Shown: in pieces, positions 1 to 6,776 of the stretch
How the letters are laid out: every line of letters starts with the position of its first letter
How positions within the stretch are numbered: position 1 is the first letter of the stretch
Assembly: GCA_049523455.1 (NCBI GenBank)
Contig: JBEKMW010000013.1
Span: 8,513 to 72,512 of the forward strand
DNA length: 64,000 nucleotides
Origin: Verrucomicrobiota bacterium
Lineage (GTDB): Bacteria > Verrucomicrobiota > Verrucomicrobiia > Limisphaerales > UBA11358
Reading direction: 5' to 3'
Position numbers and translations under genes: made by a program
The notes under the pieces: generated by a model
Told to the model about the DNA's origin: nothing
Databases searched by the model: none
Seen by the model: only the letters and a program-made list of their open reading frames with translations

Positions 1-1316
1 CGGGTCCAGACGGTCACGTAGGTGCGTGACAACGCCAGCAGCGAGAACGTGGGCGTGACCCAGACCGGCAGGTCCAGAAACCATCGGTGCCAGAATTCCG
101 CCTTGGACGGTTCGAAAATCCACATGGCAACGGCCAGGGACGCGCCCAGGCACACCATGTCCCAGACGGGGTAAGCCAGCGATTTGAGCTGGGCATGAGT
201 GGGACGGCGCAGGCCCGATAACAGCATCTTTCCCGTATCACGCAATTCGATGACCGCCATCCGGCGCAGGAGCACATAGACAGCCGCCAGCAAGGCCAGC
301 AGGAAGAATCCGAATGCGTGCGATTGAAAGGTTACCATCAGCAACCCAAACACCACCAGCCCGGCGTTGATGATGCACAGCACCGTCGCGACGCGGCGGG
401 TGCTTAAACCCATCTTCAGCAGCCGGTGGTGCAAATGGTCCACGTCCGGCCGCATAATTCCAATGGACACGCCGTTCCCACCCGGGGCGCCACTATTCAT
501 TGCGCGCCGGACCGAGCGGCGCCAGATGGCCAGCAAGGTATCGTAGATCGGCACGCCCAACACCAGCATGGGAATAGCCAGCGACAGGAAAAACGTGCTC
601 TTGGTGCAGGATTGGAGAGAAACCACTCCCAGGACCAATCCGATAAACATGCTGCCCGTGTCGCCCAGGAAAATTGTGGCGGGATGGAAATTATAGCGCA
701 GGAAAGCCAGACATGCCCCGGCCAGAGCCACCAGCACCATGGTATTGCCGGGAAGGTGTCCCAGGACCAGGACGCCACACAAGCCGGTGGCGGCGATGAT
801 GGCCAGCCCCGACGCCAGCCCATCCAGTCCGTCAATCAGGTTGAAAGCGTTGATGATAGCCACGATCCACAGCACCACCAGCAGGCAGTCAAGAACCGGT
901 GGCAGGGGCCATCCAAAGAGACTGCCGAAGCGCGTGCCTGAAAGACAGATAAGCGCTGCGGCGATAACTTGTCCTCCCAGTTTCTGCCACGGTCTCAATC
1001 CCCGGACATCATCCACAATACCGACGGCCAACAAGACCAGCGCTGCCGGCGCAAAACCCAGCCACCAATGGAAATCGAGGCCACCGGAGCGTGTGCCACC
1101 GGGGAAGGCCAGCACGAGCAGGCAGGCGGCATTCACTCCCAAAACCACAGCCAGGCCGCCGCCACGGGCGGTCGGATGTTTGTGCGGCCGGCGTTCGCTC
1201 GGCAAGTCCACGACCCCAAACCGGCAGGCCAGTTCCCGGACCAACGGCGTCAACAGGTAGGTCACCACCAGTGCCGTCAGAAACGCCGCAAGGTATCTGT
1301 CCAAATTACCGAACAT
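1..1316 (-). CDS. Polyprenyl-phosphate sugar-1-phosphate transferase, WecA/MraY family (initiating transferase); C-terminus runs off the window
   Basis: Not in the supplied ORF track because there is no stop in the window. My reverse-strand translation from ATG 1316..1314 reads MFGNLDRYLAAFLTALVVTYLLTPLVRELACRFGVVDLPSERRPHK. It carries family motifs VDDVRGL, NAFNLIDGLDGLA and FLGDTGS and many hydrophobic helices. The frame is still open at position 3. Confidence 0.8.
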   Translation of the reverse strand, partial: MFGNLDRYLAAFLTALVVTYLLTPLVRELACRFGVVDLPSERRPHKHPTARGGGLAVVLGVNAACLLVLAFPGGTRSGGLDFHWWLGFAPAALVLLAVGIVDDVRGLRPWQKLGGQVIAAALICLSGTRFGSLFGWPLPPVLDCLLVVLWIVAIINAFNLIDGLDGLASGLAIIAATGLCGVLVLGHLPGNTMVLVALAGACLAFLRYNFHPATIFLGDTGSMFIGLVLGVVSLQSCTKSTFFLSLAIPMLVLGVPIYDTLLAIWRRSVRRAMNSGAPGGNGVSIGIMRPDVDHLHHRLLKMGLSTRRVATVLCIINAGLVVFGLLMVTFQSHAFGFFLLALLAAVYVLLRRMAVIELRDTGKMLLSGLRRPTHAQLKSLAYPVWDMVCLGASLAVAMWIFEPSKAEFWHRWFLDLPVWVTPTFSLLALSRTYVTVWT

Positions 1317-1319
1317 GTT

Positions 1320-2540
1320 TTATGCTGACTCCAACACTTCGGCCAGTCGCGGCAACAACGCTTCTTTGGAGAATTTCTCCACGAGCCCTCCCGTTTCCCC
1401 CCCATTTCTGCTTTCTGCTTTCCCAATTTCGGTTTTGTTTTTGGCGGCCACGATGTGTTCAACCACCCGGTCAACTTCCCCGTGTTGCGCCGACGCAACA
1501 GGCAGTTCGCCGTCGAGCGCCTGAAGGATTTCGGAAATGTGACTGGGTTGCGGACCAATGTAGAGCAGCGGTGAACCCACCCGCAGGATGTTGTAGATTT
1601 TGCACGGATGAACAATGCCGACGAAGGGATTTCCCATGACGACCAGGTGCAGATCGGCGGCCGACAACATCCCCGCCAGTTGAGACATCGGCTGATACGG
1701 CAGGCAAAGGATCCTGGACAGTGAGTGCTCATCGGCGAAGCGCTTGACCGGCGCGAATTGGCTCCCACCGCCGACGAAAAGAAACGCAATCTCCCGGTTT
1801 CCCGCCAATGCCTTCGCGGCGTTCAGGACCGTATCCAGCGGATGACAGGGGCTGTGGTTGCCCGCATACATGACGACAAATTTGCCGTCCAACCCGTGGC
1901 GCTGGCGAAATTTGGCCCGGCCTTCGGGATCAAACTGAACCTGCGAATCATGCGACCACGGCGGAATGATCGCGATGCTTTTGGCATCGAGGCCTTTATC
2001 CAGAAGGCGCTGTTGCATGAAGCGGTCGAGCACAACGATTTTTGCGGCATGGCGCAGGCTGAAAACGGAACAACGCTCCAGCCAGCGCGCAGCGAACGAA
2101 TCGCGTCTGAGCCAGCCCGCAGCCAGGGCTTCGTCGGGATTCAGGTCCATGATCCAGTAACAGAAACGGCTGCCGCGCAGACGCGCAAACCACGCCCCGA
2201 TGAATGAAATCAGCGGCGGCGAGGTCATGGCGACCACCAGATCCTGCCTGGGCAGCCAGAGCAGGTTCCAGCAGCAGGAGCAGAGAAAACTGGCAAAGTC
2301 GGCGGCGCGCCGCCATTTGGCGCGTTTCCCGAATCCGGCGACCCAGACACGGCGGACGCGGATGCCCCGCCAGGTTTCGCGCCGGGGGAAAACCTTATCC
2401 GGGCTGTCATAGGCGCGCCGGCTGGTGACGACCGTGACCTCATGGCCGCGTTCCCCCAAGTGCAGTGCCAATTCCGTCAGATGTTGGCCACTGGAAACCA
2501 CATCCGGGTAAAAGGTCTGATTGAGAAGCAAAATGCGCAC
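1320..2540 (-). CDS. Glycosyltransferase, GT4 (GT-B fold, WcaI-like)
   Basis: 406-aa ORF starting MRILLLNQTFYPDVVSSGQHLTELALHLGERGHEVTVVT, a typical GT4 N-terminus. GTG start. The stop lies 3 nt from the WecA-like start. Confidence 0.85.
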   Translation of the reverse strand: MRILLLNQTFYPDVVSSGQHLTELALHLGERGHEVTVVTSRRAYDSPDKVFPRRETWRGIRVRRVWVAGFGKRAKWRRAADFASFLCSCCWNLLWLPRQDLVVAMTSPPLISFIGAWFARLRGSRFCYWIMDLNPDEALAAGWLRRDSFAARWLERCSVFSLRHAAKIVVLDRFMQQRLLDKGLDAKSIAIIPPWSHDSQVQFDPEGRAKFRQRHGLDGKFVVMYAGNHSPCHPLDTVLNAAKALAGNREIAFLFVGGGSQFAPVKRFADEHSLSRILCLPYQPMSQLAGMLSAADLHLVVMGNPFVGIVHPCKIYNILRVGSPLLYIGPQPSHISEILQALDGELPVASAQHGEVDRVVEHIVAAKNKTEIGKAESRNGGETGGLVEKFSKEALLPRLAEVLESA

Positions 2541-2553
2541 TTGAAGTTAAAAG

Positions 2554-2646
2554 CAGAGGTCGGAGGTCAGAGGTCGGAGGTCGGTGTTTCAGTGAACCGG
2601 TGTTTCGGTGTTTCAGCGTTTCAGTGTTTCAGCATTTCAGCGTTTT
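2554..2646. repeat. Mosaic short tandem repeat block: (RGAGGTC)x4 then (TTTCRGYG)x7
   Basis: Direct reading gives cagaggtcggaggtcagaggtcggaggtc followed by tgtttcag/tgtttcgg/cgtttcag/catttcag units. It fills the GT4-exosortase junction. Confidence 0.9.
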
Positions 2647-4292
2647 ACTTCAATGAGCTTGTCCAGCTCGCGGGCGAGGGCCTGCTTTGCCTGCTCCGGA
2701 TCATTCATGCCCACAATGACAAATTCCAAAACCTTCTGGCCCTTGTCGCCACGGCCTTCCCAGATCGCCCGAATCAGGTTAAACCGGCCGGACTCATGGG
2801 TTACATAGGCGCCGGTCTGGGCGCCGGCTTCCCAGCGGCAATGAAAGACCTGGGCTATCCCGTTGCCGGTTTGAAACCGGTAGCTGCGGATGGGCAACTC
2901 CACCCCGTGCACGTTCATCATGGTCAAATCCGGGCCGGAGAGGAGTTTATAGCCTGTGGCCGTGAGACAAATCTCCGGGGTGTGCCTTTTGGCGAGGTAA
3001 CCAGCCACCCGGCCCGGCAACCAACTGAAGTACGACGCGTCCCATTGCGTTCCATCGGATTCAGTCCAATCGGCTTGCCTGCCTTCGTCGAACCGCAGCA
3101 AATAGCGCGTCTTGGCGTCTATGGGCACTTCCTTTAAAGACGGATTGTCCCGGGGAAAAGTCAGGGTCCACGACGGGCCGGGCTTCAGGTGCGCCTCGCG
3201 GGAGCGATACCAAACCTGGACGCCGGCTTCCACGAGGCACAACCAGGCGAGCAGGGCCAGGGAAAAACTGGAGACCACGGACCACGGACCACGGACTACG
3301 GGACTACTGACTGCGGGACTACTGACCTCTGACCTCTGCTTTTCAGACGGTCCCGTAGTCTCGTTGTCTCGTTGTCCTGTCGTCCTTGAACTGCTTTCTG
3401 CTTTCTTCAACCCCACCGCCAAGCCCCAAAGAGTGAGGGTGCAAAGGATGGCTATGGTGACTCCGGCGGGGTCGTGGTAATCGGCAATGGCGGCGACCCC
3501 TTTTTTCGCCGCGATCAGCGTCAGCAACGACATGCGGCAGACATTGAACGCAATGGAAAACGCAAATCCGAGCGGCACCAGCAGCCAGCGGCGCCCGGTG
3601 CTCAACCGGTAAAATTCACCGAGAAACAGAGAAATCATCAAACTGCTTTGAAACGAGCGGATGCCACTGCAAGCTTCATCAATGCCCACCCATCCGCTGC
3701 CGACCTCGATGACGTTGCCGTGGGCGACTGCCGGCACGTCGAGCCATCCGAGCAACTCAACCACGATCGCTGCGCTGGCGCGCGTCAACTCTTGAATGAG
3801 TGGAATTTCGAAGATCGTCGGCCAGGGAATGGCGACAAAGAAGAAGCAAATCGGAAACGCCAATTGCTTCAGCCAACGTCGCCCCAAGCAGAGGTAAATG
3901 GCACAGAGCGTCAACCCAATGGCAATGACTCCGAGCGACCATTGAATGGGCCGCCATTCCGGGACGGCGGCTTCCACCAAACGGGTCGGCAAATAAAGGA
4001 AGGCCAGGGAAAAAGCTAAAATAGTGAAAAGCTGAAAAGCTGAAATCCGGCTGCTGACCACGGACCACGCACCACGGACCGCGGAGCTACTGACCACGGG
4101 ACTACTGACCACGGACCTCTGATCTCCGACCTCTGAAAAGCCGTGCCAGCGGCGGACGAGCAGGCCGAGGCAAAGGAAGGGAACCAGCAGGCCGTAGCCA
4201 TATTGCGGATCGGTCGTCCACTCCAGGCGCAGGTTGTTGATCAGCCTGAACCAGAGGTAGGCGAGCGGCAAGAGGACGATAAACCATCTCAT
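2637..4292 (-). CDS. Exosortase (EpsH/XrtA-like) fused to a C-terminal EpsI-family domain
   Basis: 551-aa polytopic ORF with the exosortase catalytic-Cys context GIDEACSGIRSFQS and a downstream AFNVCRMS Arg motif. A final TM segment precedes a soluble C-terminal domain (WTLTFPRD...IVGMNDPEQAKQAL) of EpsI type. It carries two repeat-derived in-frame inserts. Confidence 0.85.
   Translation of the reverse strand: MRWFIVLLPLAYLWFRLINNLRLEWTTDPQYGYGLLVPFLCLGLLVRRWHGFSEVGDQRSVVSSPVVSSSAVRGAWSVVSSRISAFQLFTILAFSLAFLYLPTRLVEAAVPEWRPIQWSLGVIAIGLTLCAIYLCLGRRWLKQLAFPICFFFVAIPWPTIFEIPLIQELTRASAAIVVELLGWLDVPAVAHGNVIEVGSGWVGIDEACSGIRSFQSSLMISLFLGEFYRLSTGRRWLLVPLGFAFSIAFNVCRMSLLTLIAAKKGVAAIADYHDPAGVTIAILCTLTLWGLAVGLKKAESSSRTTGQRDNETTGPSEKQRSEVSSPAVSSPVVRGPWSVVSSFSLALLAWLCLVEAGVQVWYRSREAHLKPGPSWTLTFPRDNPSLKEVPIDAKTRYLLRFDEGRQADWTESDGTQWDASYFSWLPGRVAGYLAKRHTPEICLTATGYKLLSGPDLTMMNVHGVELPIRSYRFQTGNGIAQVFHCRWEAGAQTGAYVTHESGRFNLIRAIWEGRGDKGQKVLEFVIVGMNDPEQAKQALARELDKLIEVKR
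3273..3408. repeat. Mosaic repeat block inside the exosortase ORF (linker between exosortase and EpsI domains)
   Basis: (GACCACG/GACTACG)n, then (GACCTCT)2, then the 72-nt element (3324-3394), then (CTGCTTT)2. It translates in frame as KKAESSSRTTGQRDNETTGPSEKQRSEVSSPAVSSPVVRGPWSVVSS. Confidence 0.9.
4010..4140. repeat. Mosaic repeat block inside the exosortase ORF (first loop)
   Basis: (GCTGAAAA)n, then (GACCACG-like)n, then (GACCTCT-like)n. It translates in frame as SEVGDQRSVVSSPVVSSSAVRGAWSVVSSRISAFQLF. Confidence 0.9.
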
Positions 4293-4293
4293 A

Positions 4294-4391
4294 AAGCGGA
4301 AATTGGGAAAGCAGAAAGCAGAAATAGGCCGAAACGCTGAAAAGCTAATATGCTGACATGCTAAGATCCTGAAAAGCTGACATTCTAAAAG
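4294..4391. repeat. Mosaic repeat block upstream of the exosortase start
   Basis: aaagcagaaagcagaaat, cgctgaaaagct, and gctaatat/gctgacat/gctaagat units. A related gctaacat family occurs at 12930-12985. Confidence 0.85.
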
Positions 4392-4426
4392 AATCGCTCC
4401 GGCTCCTGCCGCCAGTTCACATTGCT

Positions 4427-4669
4427 TTACCTTCCGTAGATGCGCGCCCTGCGTTCGGCGGTCATGGGCGTGGCCGGGCGGGTTTGCAACAGCAATGCCT
4501 CCAATTCATCCGCGTTGCGGAAGCTCGCGCCTTCGGGGCCTTGGCCCCGGGTGACGGCATCCAGCAACGCCAGCGCCTGGTGAATGACCTCGCTTTTGTT
4601 CGAGGCGCGTCCAGCGCGGATTTGCCGCTGAATGATCGTTTCGTAGTAATCAGTGCGCGTGTAACCCAT
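4427..4669 (-). CDS. ParD/CopG-like type II antitoxin (orphan; no toxin partner seen)
   Basis: MGYTRTDYYETIIQRQIRAGRASNKSEVIHQALALLD fits the ParD pattern (helix, then G-x-Y/A-x-S-x-SEV-I/V-x-x-AL-x-LL). The ORF track opens at TTG 4693; the first ATG is at 4669. Confidence 0.5.
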   Translation of the reverse strand: MGYTRTDYYETIIQRQIRAGRASNKSEVIHQALALLDAVTRGQGPEGASFRNADELEALLLQTRPATPMTAERRARIYGR

Positions 4670-4722
4670 ACCCTCACTGTAAACTATTGGCAAATGCTGT
4701 CAATCTCCTGAAAAACTAAAAT

Positions 4723-4774
4723 CCGACCTCTGACCTCTGACCTCCGCTTTTCAGCGTTTCAGTGTTTCAGCTTT
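4723..4774. repeat. Short tandem repeat block (GACCTCT)x3 + (TTTCAGYG)x3
   Basis: Direct reading: ccgacctctgacctctgacctccgcttttcagcgtttcagtgtttcagc. Confidence 0.9.
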
Positions 4775-5323
4775 TTCGGTGATGGTGCGTGGGCGCAAAA
4801 ACACTGCCGGGTTGCCGCCATAAATGCCAAAAGGTTCCAGATTTTTGGTCGCCGCCGAGCAAGCACTAAGCACGGCATGAGTGCCAACCGTAACGCCAGG
4901 GCCCACCCAGGCTCCAGCGCCAATCCAGACGCCGTCATCCACGATGATTGGCTTGGTGATCAAATCGAATGTGGCAAGCTGATAGTTATGGTTGCCCGTG
5001 CAAAGAAAGGCGCGTTGCGAGATACATACGTTGCTCCCAATCGTGATACGCTCCAGGTTCAGCAGCCAGCACTCCTCCCCCAACCAGACATGGTCGCCAA
5101 TCGTTAGCTTCCATGGAAACGTAATCTTTACCTGCGGCTTGATGGTCACGTTCCGTCCAATCCGTGCGCCGAAGGCGCGCAGCGTCACGCGCTTGAGCGC
5201 CGAGAAGCTGAATGGGCACAATCGAAACAGGAGGAGGCTGGCGATGAGCCAGAGGCCTTCCTTGATCGGCCCTGCGCCACGGTTGAAGCTGCCGGTGGAA
5301 TATTTGGAAAGGTCAAGGGGCAC
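4751..5323 (-). CDS. Hexapeptide-repeat O-acetyltransferase, WcaF-like
   Basis: The C-terminal 170 aa show a left-handed beta-helix pattern (IGDHVWLGEECWLLNLERITIGSNVCISQRAFLCTGNH...VDDGVWIGAGAWVGPGVTVGTHAVL). The track ORF extends to 5512 through repeat DNA and overlaps the next gene. I prefer GTG 5323 (VPLDLSKYSTGSF). Confidence 0.75.
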   Translation of the reverse strand: MPLDLSKYSTGSFNRGAGPIKEGLWLIASLLLFRLCPFSFSALKRVTLRAFGARIGRNVTIKPQVKITFPWKLTIGDHVWLGEECWLLNLERITIGSNVCISQRAFLCTGNHNYQLATFDLITKPIIVDDGVWIGAGAWVGPGVTVGTHAVLSACSAATKNLEPFGIYGGNPAVFLRPRTITEKAETLKR

Positions 5324-5331
5324 AGGAAAAA

Positions 5332-5440
5332 CAGAGGTCAGAAGTCGGAGGTCAGAGGTCGGAAACGGAAACGGCCACCTCACCCCGGCCCTCTCCCCCA
5401 GAGGTGGAGAGGGAGTGAGGTCGGAGGTCGGTGTTTCAGC
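5332..5440. repeat. Mosaic repeat block with an embedded REP-type hairpin
   Basis: (RGAGGTC)n, ggaaacggaaacgg, the hairpin ccctctcccccagaggtggagaggg, (GGAGGTC)2 and tgtttcagc. Confidence 0.85.
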
Positions 5441-5451
5441 TTGGCAGTCTT

Positions 5452-6636
5452 TTACGATTTGACGTCGTCGGGTCTTGAGGCGTTTCCGGCTAGCCACTCG
5501 TACACCCTGCACATGCGGACCGCGATGGCCGGCCAGGTGTAATATTGTTTCACCAGATCCTGTCCCCGTTGTCCCATGGCCTTTCTTTCGGCATCGGAGA
5601 GTTTCAGGATTTGGCGGAGTCCCTGTTCGACGGCAGTAGCCTGGGGTGAAATTTCAATGGCGGCTCCCGATTTTGCGAGCTCTGGAAAATTGCACTCCGG
5701 AGTGAGCAAGACCGGCAGGCCGGCGGCGGCGGCTTCGAGAATCGCCACGCTGAACCCTTCGCTGAACGAGGGAAGCACAAACGCGCTCGCGGCGGCCAGC
5801 ACTTGTCGCTTGTCCCTCCCCTGCAACGGGCCCAGGAAGAGAACACTTTTCTCCAAAGCATATTCTTTCACGCGGGCCTTTAATTCCATTTCGTAAGCCG
5901 GCTGGCCGGCTCCGGCAATGAGCAGGCGCCAATCCTTGCAATCGCCCGCTACCGCCTGCCACGCCTGCAACAGATTTACCAATCCCTTCTTGGCATGGAG
6001 GCGGGACAGAAACAAGACACCCCGGCGACCGGCCAATTCCGGGTATCGGTCAACGATCTCCGTCGTCGGCGGATTTTCGATTTCCGGCATATCCACTCCA
6101 TTGGGAATAATGGCAATCGGATTCTTCAGCCCATAACGGCGAAAATGATCGGCTTCCGCCTCGCACAGGGCGTGCAGGCAATCGGCTTCCCGGAGATTTC
6201 TGTCTTCGAACAGCCACGCCGCGATTTTCTTCTTCAGGCGCGAATGCTCCAAGGCCCACGGTTCAAGCATGCCGTGGGGTGAAATGACCAGCGGGTAACG
6301 TCCCTTGACCGCGCATTTCCGGGCCGCCGTACCCGGATGCATCCATAATCCATGACTATGGATGATACCGCCGGGACGAATATGCGCCCGCAATTGAGCA
6401 GTCAACCCGGGTGAAAATCCAATGGCTTTGGGTCCCCAAATCCTTCCGGCGACCACCGGCACATGATTACCGGTGCAATCCTGGTCGGTCCATTGATCCT
6501 TTAGGCCATGGATGGAGCACGGGAAACCCCGGCGACTGGTCTCTCGCGCCAGCGCCCAAACGACCGGCGGGATGCCGCCGCCCTGGCGCGAAAGCCATGA
6601 CGTAACGTGGACCACACTGGTAGTTGAACTTCCCAT
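5452..6636 (-). CDS. Glycosyltransferase, GT4
   Basis: 394-aa ORF. Its C-terminal Glycos_transf_1 signature is VLPSFSEGFSVAILEAAAAGLPVLLT. Confidence 0.85.
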   Translation of the reverse strand: MGSSTTSVVHVTSWLSRQGGGIPPVVWALARETSRRGFPCSIHGLKDQWTDQDCTGNHVPVVAGRIWGPKAIGFSPGLTAQLRAHIRPGGIIHSHGLWMHPGTAARKCAVKGRYPLVISPHGMLEPWALEHSRLKKKIAAWLFEDRNLREADCLHALCEAEADHFRRYGLKNPIAIIPNGVDMPEIENPPTTEIVDRYPELAGRRGVLFLSRLHAKKGLVNLLQAWQAVAGDCKDWRLLIAGAGQPAYEMELKARVKEYALEKSVLFLGPLQGRDKRQVLAAASAFVLPSFSEGFSVAILEAAAAGLPVLLTPECNFPELAKSGAAIEISPQATAVEQGLRQILKLSDAERKAMGQRGQDLVKQYYTWPAIAVRMCRVYEWLAGNASRPDDVKS

Positions 6637-6644
6637 TTAATCAA

Positions 6645-6776
6645 TGTTTCAGTGCTTCGGTGAAACCGGCCCACCGGCTCACCGGTTCACCGGTCCACCG
6701 GCCCACCGGCCCACCGAAACACCGGCTCACCGGTCCACCGGCCCACCGAAACACCGCCCCACCGAAACACCGCCCC
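6645..6776. repeat. Octamer tandem array (CACCGGNC / CACCGAAA)x~14
   Basis: caccggctcaccggttcaccggtccaccggcccaccgg...caccgaaacaccgcccc. It spans the GT4 / GT4-kinase junction and encodes the last residues of the 839-aa ORF. Confidence 0.9.

Noticed and set aside
6645-6776. Possible CRISPR array (this and the other short-repeat blocks)
   Set aside because: The units are only 7-8 nt and directly abut one another with no spacers. No cas genes are present. This is tandem repeat DNA, not CRISPR.
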